Assembly: GCA_965218095.1 (NCBI GenBank)
Contig: OZ244587.1
Location: 4,896,001 to 4,960,000, forward strand
Direction of reading: 5' to 3'
DNA length: 64,000 nucleotides
Source: Candidatus Poribacteria bacterium
GTDB taxonomy: Bacteria > Poribacteria > WGA-4E > PCPOR2b
The stretch's first letter is position 1, and every line of letters starts with the position of its first letter. The position numbers were made by a program, and so were the translations under genes. Positions 29,412 through 39,959 of this stretch are shown piece after piece. Under the pieces are notes generated by a model that made no database searches, was not told where the DNA came from, and was given only the letters and a program-made list of their open reading frames with translations.

Positions 29412-30143
29412 ATGAAACCGAGGTCTTTTATTTTCGTTGCATTGGCGATTGGATTTTTCTTATTAATCGCTACGCCGCAACTCAACGCTGATGATTACCG
29501 AGCCAAACGCGAGCGGATGGTTGCGACACAAATCGACTGGCACAACGTCAAAGGCCGAATCGGTGTCAGGAACGAATTGGTTCTGGAAGCCATGCGCCGT
29601 GTACCCCGCCATGAATTTGTCCCTGACAAGCTGAAATTGCAGGCTTACGCCGATTCCCCTTTGCCGATCGGATATGACCAGACAATCTCGCAGCCGTATA
29701 TCGTTGCGTACATGACTGAAATGCTCAAACCGCAAAAGGAACACAAGGTACTCGAAGTTGGCACCGGTTCAGGGTATCAAGCCGCTGTTTTGGCAGAACT
29801 GGTCGATCATGTCTATACAATCGAAATTATCAAAAAACTTGGCGAAAGTGCGAAAGAGCGGCTAAAGCGCCTTGATTACAAAAACGTGACGGTGAAAATT
29901 GGGGATGGCTACTTTGGTTCAAAGGAACATGCGCCCTATGATGCGATCATCGTCACTGCCGCCCCCGATCACATCCCACCCCCATTGGTGCAACAGCTCA
30001 AACCCGGAGGCGTCTTATGCATTCCGGTCGGTGGGCGATTTCAGATACAGAACCTGACGCTTGTGCGAAAAACAGTGGAAGGCACCGTCAAAACGAAGCA
30101 GGTGATGCCGGTGCGTTTTGTTCCGTTGACCGGGAAGCATTGA
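29412..30143 (+). CDS. pcm: Protein-L-isoaspartate O-methyltransferase with N-terminal signal peptide
   Basis: VPRHEFV, QTISQP, VLEVGTGSGYQAA, VRFVPL. RBS GGAGG before the ATG at 29412. Confidence 0.93.
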   Translation: MKPRSFIFVALAIGFFLLIATPQLNADDYRAKRERMVATQIDWHNVKGRIGVRNELVLEAMRRVPRHEFVPDKLKLQAYADSPLPIGYDQTISQPYIVAYMTEMLKPQKEHKVLEVGTGSGYQAAVLAELVDHVYTIEIIKKLGESAKERLKRLDYKNVTVKIGDGYFGSKEHAPYDAIIVTAAPDHIPPPLVQQLKPGGVLCIPVGGRFQIQNLTLVRKTVEGTVKTKQVMPVRFVPLTGKH

Positions 30144-30178
30144 TCGCATGCGTGAAACATGATGCGTGAGGTAATCGT

Positions 30179-31387
30179 ATGAAAATCATGAATGTCAAGG
30201 CAACGCCGATCTATATTCCGATGAAACATCCGCTGCGCTGGTCAATGGGGGTTGAGCCGGGAACGACGCGCACGATTGTTGAATTAATCACCGACGAAGG
30301 GCTTACTGGACTTGGTGAAGCGTAGGGCGGCGTCGAGATGGTACGCGCCATTGAACGGGCAAAACCGCTATTCATCGGTATGACTCCACTCGAAGTTTCG
30401 CGTCTTGCCAAGCGTTTTAGTATCTATCGCCTCTCGTCAGAGCAGATGGCCTACTCCGCACAGATGAAATTTGTCGGTTCCGCGATTGAAGTTGCCTGCT
30501 GGGACATCGTTGGCAAGGCGCTTGGGAAACGGTGCGGCGACCTCTGGGGCGGGGTGGAAATGGAGCAGGTGGAATTTGCCGCTTATCCCTTTTACCGCTA
30601 TGAAACCCTTGAACGAGAGGGAAACTTGAGCGAACCACAGGCTGTAGCAGATTATATGCTCGAACTCATCGAGACGCGCGGTTTCCGGGTTGCCAAGCTC
30701 AAGGGGGGTGTCCTCAACCCTGAACTGGAAATTGATACGGTCCGGCGGCTGCGCGAAACGTGTGGGGCTCGATTGCAAAAGCTCCGCTTTGATCCCAACT
30801 AGGCGTAGTCGGTGGAAACCTCAATCAATACCCTCCGCAAGATGGAGGCTTATGACCTTGAGTTTGTGGAGGATCCGACCTGGGGAATCGAAGGGATGGG
30901 CCTCGTTCGCAAGGACGTTCGCATCCCATTAGCGACCAACATGTGCGTCGTGAGTTTCGAACAGATTCCGTTGGCTGTGAGAACGCGCGCGATTGACATC
31001 ATTCTTGGCGATTTGCACTTCTGGGGTGGACCAACGGCGTTGATCCAACTCGCCAAAATCTGCGACACTTTCAATCTCGGCCTGAGCATGCACGATGACC
31101 GTCAATGCGGGATCAGTGCCGCGGCGGCGGTTCATTTGGTCGCCGCAAACCCGACCTTCAGCCATGCGGCGGATTCGCATCTGCCTGAACACACCGACGA
31201 CATTATTACGGAGCCGTGGGAATTTGTGGGTGGCTGCTTGAAAGTTCCTGATGGACCCGGTTTGGGCGTCGCCTTAGATTACGAAAAACTCGATCAGTTT
31301 CACCGGCTTTACCTCGAACACAGCGATCGGGATGAGTTCCAGGACGAACAACGTCGCGGTTGGTCGCCGTATCTGCCCCTTTGGTGA
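30179..31387 (+). pseudogene. Mandelate racemase/glucarate dehydratase-like enolase-superfamily gene with three in-frame TAG codons
   Basis: One continuous frame of 402 codons (GLGE, KLKGG, RFDPN, EDP, GPGLG). TAG at 30323, 30800 and 30806; no frameshift. Confidence 0.85.
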
Positions 31388-31427
31388 TTAGAAAAGAGAA
31401 ACACAATCTTAACTTGAGGAAAATATT

Positions 31428-33218
31428 GTGAGCATTGAAAATACGAATGGTTTACCGACATGGGATTTGTCGGATCTATATACAGGCATCGATGACCCAC
31501 AGTTGGAAACGGATTTAAGTTCGATGGTTGATCAAGCGATAGCGTTTGAGAAAACATACAAAGGGCGCATCGCCTGCGCGGATGTGACCGCCGACCTGCT
31601 GCGGGTTGCGCTGGACGACTATGAAGCCTTGATGAAGGTGCAGTACAAGCCGGGTTCATTTGCCAATTTGCTGTTTTCGACTGACACCGCGGATGCCCAA
31701 CGTGGCGCATTGTTGCAGAAAACGCGCGAGATCGGGTCAACAGCGGCAACACATTTGATTTTCTTCGACCTTGAAATCGGCGAAATCCCGCAAGAAACTT
31801 TTGACCGCATCATTGACCATCCGCAGCTCGCACCCTACCGTCATTACCTTGAACATGAGCGCAAACTGGCAGCGCACCATTTGAGCGAAGTGGAGGAGCA
31901 AGTTTTGGAGGAAACTGCCAATACGCGGGGACGCGCCTTTGAACGGCTGTTTACTGAAATCACGGCGCGCCAAACCTTTCGCATGGACGACAAAGAGCTG
32001 ACCCAAAGCGAGTTGCTTGCACACTTTTACAACCCCGAGCGTGAAACGCGCAAAGCCGCCGCTGCCGCCTTGACGGATACGCTCAAGGGTGAGGCTCATG
32101 TGTTGACCTTCATCTTCAATACACTCCTCCACGAAAAGCAGATTATGGACGGCCTGCGAGGCTATTCATCGCCCGAGGCATCGCGGCACCTCCACAACGA
32201 GGTGGATAAGGCGGTGGTCAACACCGTTGTGGATGTGTGTGCGAATAACTACGATATCGTCGCTGACTATTATCACCTCAAGCGGCGGTTGTTGGGGCTA
32301 GGCGAGTTGACCCACTACGATCGATATGCCCCCATCACCGGCGCGCGCGCTAAACTTTCGTTTGATGAAGCACAGCACATGGTACTGGATGCCTTTGGTC
32401 AATTTTCAACCCGATTGGCGAAAATTACTGAGCCGTTCTTCAGCAAGCGATGGATTGACGCCGCACCGCATGCAGGCAAACAGGGCGGTGCGTATTGCGC
32501 GGGTATCACGCCCAACTTGCACCCCTACGTCTTCATGAACTACACAGGCGAGCTACGTGACGTGATGACGCTGGCACACGAGTTAGGGCACGGAGTTCAT
32601 GACGTGCTTGCCAGCAAGCAAAACTTGCTCAACTATCATCCCGTCTTGCCACTGGCGGAGACCGCGAGCACCTTCGGAGAGATGTTGGTGTTTGACAAGT
32701 TGCAGTCTACGTTGGCCTCGCCGAAGGAGCGATTGGCGCTGTTGTGTGGCAAAATTGAAGACATCTTTGCCACAGTGTTTCGCCAGATCTCGATGTATCG
32801 CTTTGAGCGGGAAGCACACAGCCTTCGCCGCGAAAAGGGCGAGCACCCCACCGAAGCCTACTGTGAAATCTGGCAGCGCGTGATGCAGGAGATGTTTGGC
32901 AACTCGCTAAAGTTGGGTGAAGACCATCAGTGGTGGTGGCTTTACATCCCGCACGTGTTCCAACTGTCGTTTTACGTCTATGCTTATGCCTTCGGCGAGT
33001 TGCTGGTGCTGTCGCTCTACGCGCAGTATCAACGTGATGGCGAGTCGTTCGTGCCGTGCTACTTCGATCTGTTGAGCGCTGGCTCCTCCGCCCCTCCCAC
33101 CCAGTTGGTCGCCAACATGGGCGTTGACATCGCTTCTCCCGATTTCTGGCAGGGTGGCTGCGATTTGATCCGTCAGAAAGTCGAGCAGGCGAAGCAATTA
33201 GCGGAAGCAAAGGAGTAA
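31428..33218 (+). CDS. pepF: Oligoendopeptidase F (M3B family)
   Basis: WDLSDLY start, HELGH zinc motif, AETAS, FYVYAYAFG. Confidence 0.92.
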   Translation: MSIENTNGLPTWDLSDLYTGIDDPQLETDLSSMVDQAIAFEKTYKGRIACADVTADLLRVALDDYEALMKVQYKPGSFANLLFSTDTADAQRGALLQKTREIGSTAATHLIFFDLEIGEIPQETFDRIIDHPQLAPYRHYLEHERKLAAHHLSEVEEQVLEETANTRGRAFERLFTEITARQTFRMDDKELTQSELLAHFYNPERETRKAAAAALTDTLKGEAHVLTFIFNTLLHEKQIMDGLRGYSSPEASRHLHNEVDKAVVNTVVDVCANNYDIVADYYHLKRRLLGLGELTHYDRYAPITGARAKLSFDEAQHMVLDAFGQFSTRLAKITEPFFSKRWIDAAPHAGKQGGAYCAGITPNLHPYVFMNYTGELRDVMTLAHELGHGVHDVLASKQNLLNYHPVLPLAETASTFGEMLVFDKLQSTLASPKERLALLCGKIEDIFATVFRQISMYRFEREAHSLRREKGEHPTEAYCEIWQRVMQEMFGNSLKLGEDHQWWWLYIPHVFQLSFYVYAYAFGELLVLSLYAQYQRDGESFVPCYFDLLSAGSSAPPTQLVANMGVDIASPDFWQGGCDLIRQKVEQAKQLAEAKE

Positions 33219-33253
33219 AATTTCCAATTCCATTAAGTCAGGAGGAAAGACAA

Positions 33254-33439
33254 ATGCCAATTTATGAATACCAATGCAAAACATGCCAAACCAAATTTGA
33301 AGTTCTGCAAGCCATCAACGTAGATAACAAAGAACTCACATGCCCCACTTGCGGCGTGGAAAAGCCGACGAAGGTCTTTTCAAGTTTTGCCTCCATCGGA
33401 AACGGGAAAACCGCAGCATGTCAGACGGGCTCGACATGA
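33254..33439 (+). CDS. FmdB-family zinc-ribbon protein (possible C-terminal Sec)
   Basis: MPIYEYQC..C...CPTCG...FS pattern with RBS AGGAGG. Ends CQTGST-TGA followed by a hairpin. Confidence 0.88.
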   Translation: MPIYEYQCKTCQTKFEVLQAINVDNKELTCPTCGVEKPTKVFSSFASIGNGKTAACQTGST

Positions 33440-33746
33440 GCGATTCCCGGACAGGACAGTGTGTCCTGATACTGAACTCATGCACAAACACGATTTGTGT
33501 GCGTTCGCTGCTGCCCCAAACACATACGAATGTACATCTGACTTGAGAGCAATGTGGGGTATGAATGATACAAACGAGGAATTCACCTCCCGCGGTGAGC
33601 GTTCTTCCGAACAGATGATACTTTTTGAATCTGCAACAGATCGGTTCCAAATCGACCTTTCTGCATAAACCCAACATAGACTAAGAAACTGGTGTTATCT
33701 AACCCATTCTGGTCTACCACCCTATCTCAAACACGAGGTACTGCTT

Positions 33747-34376
33747 ATGAACAATAAACCAATTGAACTGTATTTAATCGGCGGCGCCACCGGTCTTTTG
33801 AGCGGTGCACTGATGCTCATCTCAAGTTGTCTGGTTACATTCCGCCTACAAACTGCCTCCCTGGGAACACCAGATCTGCGACTCGTGGGTGTTACGCACG
33901 GGTTAAGCGTCGTCAGTCTTATTCTGATTGTGCCAACGGTGGTCGCGCTGTTTGTGCTGCTCAACACTGTCGTGACCGCGCGCAGTTTTCTGGGGCTTGG
34001 TTTTGCGATGATTTGGATTATCATTGAGATGGTTGGACACCTTTCTCAAACAGCTCCGCTCCGTGCATTGAACGAGTTATACCAAAATCAGCCCGCCCAT
34101 GCAATATCGCTTTATCAAGTATCGGAGGAGTTCTGGGAAGCCCTTTTGCTCACCGGAACATTCTTCGCTGGGCTCACGGCTTTATGTTACGGTCTCGCGC
34201 TCATTGGTGGCTGGAATCGTCTGTCAGGCTACCTCTTCTTGCTAACAATCCCGGCGTTTCCAACTGGGTTGTTGATCCCCGGTGTTGGGGTTCAACTCCA
34301 TGTTTTCCTGCGTGGACTTGCCTTCTTGATTGTCGCTGGCATTTTAATCAAAATTGCAATGGCACAGGAGGAGTAA
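33747..34376 (+). CDS. Multi-pass membrane protein of unknown function
   Basis: About six hydrophobic segments; RBS GAGG. Confidence 0.7.
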   Translation: MNNKPIELYLIGGATGLLSGALMLISSCLVTFRLQTASLGTPDLRLVGVTHGLSVVSLILIVPTVVALFVLLNTVVTARSFLGLGFAMIWIIIEMVGHLSQTAPLRALNELYQNQPAHAISLYQVSEEFWEALLLTGTFFAGLTALCYGLALIGGWNRLSGYLFLLTIPAFPTGLLIPGVGVQLHVFLRGLAFLIVAGILIKIAMAQEE

Positions 34377-34606
34377 GGATGGGAGACCGGCGATGCCGTG
34401 CGTCGATCAATACTTTCAGTGTATCGAACCCAGATGGGCAACCTACCCCGAAATGAGGCGAAGGCGAGAATGCATGCTTCCCTTGCATCACAGGAGCAAC
34501 CAGATCTCCGTCTTGGTGAAGCCGCTTTAGACGGCTATTTGCCCTGGGATAGCCCTGCATTTGAACCCGTCGAGAAGTTTATCAATCAACTTAGTAGAGG
34601 AATTAA

Positions 34607-36112
34607 ATGGCAGAAGCGCAGCAGTTTTTCGCTCTCGATCTCGGGGCAGAAAGTGGACGGGGTGTATTGGGGCATTTCGATGGTGAACGGCTCAAGTTAG
34701 AGGAGCTCCATCGATTTCCCAATGGAGGCGTGCGTGTGCTGAATAGCCTGCATTGGGACGTTTTGCGGCTCTGGAGTGAGATGAAGCAGGCGCTCTTAAT
34801 CTGTGCGCAGAAGAACATAGATCTGAAAGGTATCGGGCTCGATACATGGGGCGTTGATTTTGCGTTGCTCGGCAGAAACGATATGCTGCTTGGATTTCCG
34901 TACCACTATCGTGATTCGCGTACAGATGGCATGCTAGAGGAAGCCTTTCGTCGCCTACCACGGGTGGAGATTTTTGAACGAACTGGATGTCAATTCCTTC
35001 AGATTAACACGCTATATCAGTTGCTATCGATGGCGGTACATGAATTGCCGCTGATTGAGGTTGCGGAAACGTTTCTGATGATTCCCGATCTATTCAACTT
35101 TTGGTTGACGGGACGGAAAGTCTGTGAATTTACCAATGCGACGACGACGCAGTTTTACGATCCGCAGCAGCGGTGCTGGTCAAAAGAGATCTGCGATGGA
35201 CTCAGTTTGCCGTTTGACATCTTGCCAGAGATTGTGCAACCGGGCACACAACTCGGTACACTCCTCCCATCCGTTGCCGAAGAAACTGGGCTACCGGAGG
35301 TTCCCGTCATTACGCCAGCTTGCCACGATACCGGTTCAGCCGTTGCCGCGGCGCCCGCACGCGGCGAGAATTGGGCGTATATCAGCTCCGGGACATGGTC
35401 ATTGATGGGTATCGAAGTCCCTAAACCGATTCTCACTGATCAGGCGCTCGCGCTCAATTTTACTAACGAGGGCGGAGTGGAGGACACCTTCCGCTTCCTC
35501 AAAAACATCATGGGGTTATGGCTTGTGCAGGAGTGTCGTCGGACCTGGGTGCGAGCGGGCGATGAGATGTCCTATGATCGGATGACGCAAATCGCTGTGA
35601 GTGCAAAGCCTTTCGCTGCGCTGATCGATCCGGATGAGGACGCCTTCTTGCCCGCGGGTGACATGCCATCACGTATCGTTGAATATTGCAAACGCACTGG
35701 ACAAACCCTACCGTCAGACAAAGGCGAGATTGTCCGGTGTGCATTAGAAAGCCTTGCACTCAAATACCGGTGGGTTCTGGAAAAACTGGAAGCTGTCTGG
35801 GGAAGGTCGATCCATGTCATCCATGTCGTCGGCGGCGGAACACAGAATAAGTTGCTCTGTCAATTCACCGCAGATGCGACCAGGGTACCGGTCATCGCCG
35901 GTCCCATTGAGGCGACGGCGATTGGCAATATTGTGGTACAGGCGATTGCGAGTGGAACATCCCGATCTCGGGGCGGATTGATTGGCTCAATCTCTGAGGC
36001 GCGGGAGATTATCCGCCGATCTTTCGACCTCACCACTTACGAACCGCAAGATTTGGAGGAATGGGACGCGGCTTATGATCGGTTTCTGGGGATAACCGGG
36101 CTGCCATCTTAA
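34607..36112 (+). CDS. rhaB: Rhamnulokinase (FGGY family)
   Basis: ALDLGAESGR, DTWGVDF, HDTGSAV, SSGTWSL, EATAIGN. Confidence 0.9.
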   Translation: MAEAQQFFALDLGAESGRGVLGHFDGERLKLEELHRFPNGGVRVLNSLHWDVLRLWSEMKQALLICAQKNIDLKGIGLDTWGVDFALLGRNDMLLGFPYHYRDSRTDGMLEEAFRRLPRVEIFERTGCQFLQINTLYQLLSMAVHELPLIEVAETFLMIPDLFNFWLTGRKVCEFTNATTTQFYDPQQRCWSKEICDGLSLPFDILPEIVQPGTQLGTLLPSVAEETGLPEVPVITPACHDTGSAVAAAPARGENWAYISSGTWSLMGIEVPKPILTDQALALNFTNEGGVEDTFRFLKNIMGLWLVQECRRTWVRAGDEMSYDRMTQIAVSAKPFAALIDPDEDAFLPAGDMPSRIVEYCKRTGQTLPSDKGEIVRCALESLALKYRWVLEKLEAVWGRSIHVIHVVGGGTQNKLLCQFTADATRVPVIAGPIEATAIGNIVVQAIASGTSRSRGGLIGSISEAREIIRRSFDLTTYEPQDLEEWDAAYDRFLGITGLPS

Positions 36113-36396
36113 CAGTTAAACCCCGATCAAAGATCGGGGTTTGAGGTCTATTGGTGTCATGAAAAGTGTGATCATGGAAGTTGCGTATGTGTACGATAGG
36201 TGCGTCCTCCACGGCGATAAAGCCTTCCTGTTGAAGAACTTCGACTACCATCCTTTCCCGACAAGATGTCCCTATTTCGAATCCTTTGACGAGAGATGCC
36301 CGCACTTTGCCCTGGTAGATCACAATCAGCAGGGAGTGAACAATGAACTCCCGATTACGCAATACGTTTTACGCGTCACGTTTAACTTGAGTTATT

Positions 36397-37080
36397 GTGC
36401 CCGGCAAAGACCTACTCCAACAGATTGAACGTCGCTATCCGATAGTGGAGCAGACAATCCCTCTGACCTCCAGACACATCCGCATGACCGTTGTGAAAAA
36501 TCCAGATCATTTGCTCGAGACGTTGAGCAAAGAAGACCGGGACGGAACACTTCACCTGCCTTATTGGACATACCTGTGGCCATCTGCAATCGGTCTTACG
36601 CACTATCTCGATCAAATTGGCACATTCACAGGGCAGCAAATTTTAGAGATCGGTTGTGGGTTCGGACTCGCTGGGATTGTGGCATGTCAGAAAGGCGGGA
36701 CCGTACTTTTCACCGACTATAAAAGGGGCGCATTGATGTTTGCTCAATATAACGTCTTGCAAAACGGGTGTGCGGACAGAGCGTCCTTTGTTCAGATGGA
36801 TTGGAACGCCCCATGCCTACAGCGTCGATTCTCACGGATTCTTGCCTCAGATGTAATCTACGAGGAGAATAACTGGCAGCCAATTCTCGCGCTAATCCAA
36901 AGGTATTTGACCACAGCGGGTGAAGCCGTGTTCTCTGACCCTAATCGAGCCAACGCTTCTGGTTTTCTTGAGTTGATTGGTCGTCACGGGTTCACACACG
37001 AGAAATACGACTGCGATGTTGCCTCTGTAGATGGGTGTTCTGCCACAATCTCGGTCTACTGCGTGAGACAGACTGAATAA
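36397..37080 (+). CDS. Methyltransf_16 (protein lysine methyltransferase-like) SAM-dependent methyltransferase
   Basis: PYWTYLWPSA, LEIGCGFG, TDY, ASDVIY. Confidence 0.85.
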   Translation: MPGKDLLQQIERRYPIVEQTIPLTSRHIRMTVVKNPDHLLETLSKEDRDGTLHLPYWTYLWPSAIGLTHYLDQIGTFTGQQILEIGCGFGLAGIVACQKGGTVLFTDYKRGALMFAQYNVLQNGCADRASFVQMDWNAPCLQRRFSRILASDVIYEENNWQPILALIQRYLTTAGEAVFSDPNRANASGFLELIGRHGFTHEKYDCDVASVDGCSATISVYCVRQTE

Positions 37081-37116
37081 TTGAAATTTTCGGACTAATA
37101 AGGAGGAGTGCAAACA

Positions 37117-37827
37117 ATGTCAAAGCATGTCATGTTCATCTTGGGTGAACCGGAGTATAAGTCGGAAGTCACGATGCCGGCGATTGCCAGAGAGCTCGAA
37201 GGCAAATATAATATCACTACCAATGTCTCAATCTGCCGCGTGTTATCCGACCGGACTGACAGTCCGAGTCATGAATTCCCCGATCTCGAAGCGCTGGCAG
37301 ACGCCGACCTTGCTGTATTTTACATCCGTTTTCGGCAGATGCCCGATGAGCAGATGGAACGCATCAAGGCGTATCTGGATTCGGGACGGCCGGTGGTGGG
37401 ACTGCGGACTTCTAGCCATGCATTCCGTTATCCGGAAGACTCCAAACACCACAACTGGAATGATGGGTTTGGCCAGAACGTCTTGGGTGCGCCTTGGCGG
37501 TATCACTACGGCCATGAGTCCAGTACCGATGTAAGAATTATCCCCGAAGTGTCTGATTACCCAATCCTGAAAGGGATTCCCAGCGAATTCCATGTACGGT
37601 CATGGCTATATTATGTGCTGCCGATTACCGATACCTGCAAGCCCCTGCTGATGGGAACTTCCGTGGGCCCGAGCGGGCGAGAGGAACGGGTGGACAATCC
37701 CGTCGCCTGGACCAACACTCACAATGGCGACCGAGTCTTTTACACCTCTATGGGACATCCAGATGATTTTGAAGCCGAAGCATTCCAGGTTTTGCTGACT
37801 AACGGCATTCTCTGGGCAGTGGGCTAA
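37117..37827 (+). CDS. ThuA-like domain protein
   Basis: GLRTSSHAF, WLY, PVAWT, RVFYTSMGH. Confidence 0.85.
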   Translation: MSKHVMFILGEPEYKSEVTMPAIARELEGKYNITTNVSICRVLSDRTDSPSHEFPDLEALADADLAVFYIRFRQMPDEQMERIKAYLDSGRPVVGLRTSSHAFRYPEDSKHHNWNDGFGQNVLGAPWRYHYGHESSTDVRIIPEVSDYPILKGIPSEFHVRSWLYYVLPITDTCKPLLMGTSVGPSGREERVDNPVAWTNTHNGDRVFYTSMGHPDDFEAEAFQVLLTNGILWAVG

Positions 37828-37882
37828 TCTTTACTAGACTGAGTCGACTGAAACGTCAAGTTGAAACTTTCATGGGTATATA

Positions 37883-38704
37883 TCACGCTTCTTCCCACGC
37901 ACGACGAACGAAAGAGATCGCTTTTTCAAAGCCTTCTTCTCCGGTACGGCTCGCCTCCTCAATACTCAACCAACCATCGAAACCGTTGCGTTTCAAAATG
38001 GAGAAGACTTGCTTGATGGGAGACACGCCGGTGCCAACAAGGACAGGCTCAAAAACACCAGAGGCGCGAATGTCGAACGCGTGGACGACGACCACTTTTT
38101 TTATAACGGCTTCTAATAACGCTGTGGGCTCTTCGCCGATGACCAGCGGATTTGCCGTATCAAAACAGACACCCAAGGAGGTTTCAGCAAGATTGTTGAG
38201 AATTTCCAGAAAGATCTCTGCGGGCTGCGAGAAATCCCAATACTGCCAGGGCGCACCTTTAGTATGATTCTCATAAACCAAAGTCACTCCCATTTTATCC
38301 GCCTCATCAAGCGCTTGGCGGAGTCCCTCAACCGCCCAGCGAACACCCTGTTCTCGATGGATGCCGGGGTGGTTCTGCCCGGCAGTCACGCGGGCGAACC
38401 TGGCTCCCAGCGCCGCAGTCAGTCGCACGTCGGCTTTCATCTGTTCTATTTCTTGCGTACGTTGCCCGGCATCCGGGTGGGTGAAATCGGGATAACACGC
38501 TAGCATGCAAAGCTCGATACCCACTTTTTGAGCCATCTCGGAGATGGTGTTAAGCACTTGTCTCTCTCGGGTTGGGAAGAATTTCACACTGAAGTCAACG
38601 CCATCCAATCCGAGGGCAGCGGCAAAATGCACCCAATCGACAACTGATTTCTTGCCGCTAAAGATATCGTCATAGAATGAAACGGGTATACAACTTAGTT
38701 TCAT
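37883..38704 (-). CDS. Sugar phosphate isomerase/epimerase (xylose-isomerase-like TIM barrel)
   Basis: YENH, FDTAN, VH..D, GWLSIEE motifs. Confidence 0.88.
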   Translation of the reverse strand: MKLSCIPVSFYDDIFSGKKSVVDWVHFAAALGLDGVDFSVKFFPTRERQVLNTISEMAQKVGIELCMLACYPDFTHPDAGQRTQEIEQMKADVRLTAALGARFARVTAGQNHPGIHREQGVRWAVEGLRQALDEADKMGVTLVYENHTKGAPWQYWDFSQPAEIFLEILNNLAETSLGVCFDTANPLVIGEEPTALLEAVIKKVVVVHAFDIRASGVFEPVLVGTGVSPIKQVFSILKRNGFDGWLSIEEASRTGEEGFEKAISFVRRAWEEA

Positions 38705-38832
38705 CGTTGAACCTTCATTTCTGTTGAGTGGGTTGGAAAAGAATCTCGATTATCATGAGCATATCATTTTTTAAAGTTTTTGTCAAACCGCAACTTCTTG
38801 AGAATTTACAAACGAACGGGGTGAAATCGAAA

Positions 38833-39261
38833 ATGAAACAACGGTCTGCTATTTTTCTCGTTGCAGTCAACTGTTTTCTGTTTGCCTGTGATGATAACGC
38901 CAGAGAGCATTAGAATCAAGGCGTTCACTACCAGGCACAAGGTAAGCTGGATGAAGCCATTGCTCAGTATAAGAAGGCGATTCGCATTGACCCGAACCAT
39001 GCACAGGCAAATTACAATCTGGGAGGCGCCCACGACATACAAGGCAAACTCAATGACGCCATTATCCGGTTCAAAACAGCCATCAGCATTGACCCTCTTG
39101 ATGCAGAAATGCATTACGATCTTGGACTGGCTTATGAGAATCAAAGTGACAATAAACAAGCCATCATGCACTACAAGGCGTTTGTCCGCCTCGCTCGCAC
39201 CTATAAATTGTATGAGGATTGTACTCCTGACCTCGAACGTCGGATACAAGAATTGAAATGA
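38833..39261 (+). pseudogene. TPR lipoprotein with one in-frame TAG at 38911
   Basis: Lipobox-like LFAC. The frame continues EH*NQG..Y..QGKLDEAI..YKKAI..DP..A..YNLG through further TPRs to TGA at 39259-39261. Confidence 0.8.
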
Positions 39262-39468
39262 AGTCTAATTCTTCGTATTAAGCTGAAACATCGGGTGGGT
39301 TTAGTCGGATTGAAACAGGTAACTGGGTTTATCGATATATTCGAGTCTCATCCCGGCACGAAGGTCACGGCGATCTGTGCCATTGACTTTTTTGTTTGAC
39401 ATAAAAACCCATTGAGTGATATGATAAATACCGCGTTATCAAGATAGATCTTAATTCCGAGGGAAGAC

Positions 39469-39584
39469 ATGCCAACCGTCATACCACGTCTCATTGCTGA
39501 GGTTTTCGAGCATACGAACTTCAGAGGCAGAAGAGGATATGTGATCGAGCCGGTGCAATTTACACGCGACATCGGATTTCAGGA
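39469..39584 (+). pseudogene. 5' fragment of beta/gamma-crystallin gene A
   Basis: MPTVIPRLIAEVFEHTNFRG...DIGFQ matches the start of the paralogue at 42095 (PRLVVEVFEHIHYQG...DIG). Breaks off at the intron end. Confidence 0.85.
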
Positions 39585-39959
39585 GTATGGATAGGTAGAT
39601 TCCTTACGGGATTTTCCCCCCATCAAAACCGTGCGTGCGACTTTCACCGCACACGGCTCGCCCTGCCAATTACCGATTATCTTATACTGGTAATGCTTAA
39701 TAATGCTTTGAAGTCTTAGGCTGTCTAACTTACTGCATCACTTAAAAGATAATCTCAGCCATACTTACTTTGTATCGTTCAGAACATGGGGACGAGTTGC
39801 CAAGTATGTAGCAGGGACTTGATTTGCTCTCATTTTCCCTTAATCTGTTTATGATACATTTCAGTATGTTGACACTAGGCAGGCTTTGCATAAAATGCTT
39901 TTTCTGCCTTCCTCTCCCATATCATCTTTAAGATGACTTAGGGACTCTTTTAATCTCAC
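39585..39959 (-). mobile_element. 3' remnant of a group II intron (domains V and VI), antisense to the host gene
   Basis: The minus strand reads GAGCCGTGTGCGGTGAAAGTCGCACGCACGGTTT (DV with AGC triad and GAAA loop), followed by a DVI hairpin ending CTATCCATAC. No RT ORF is present. Confidence 0.85.

Noticed and set aside
39258-39387. Remnant reading RVGLVGL...HPGTKVTAIC, like a Gfo/Idh/MocA N-terminus.
   Set aside because: About 35 codons with no intact start or continuation, so it is not callable as a gene.
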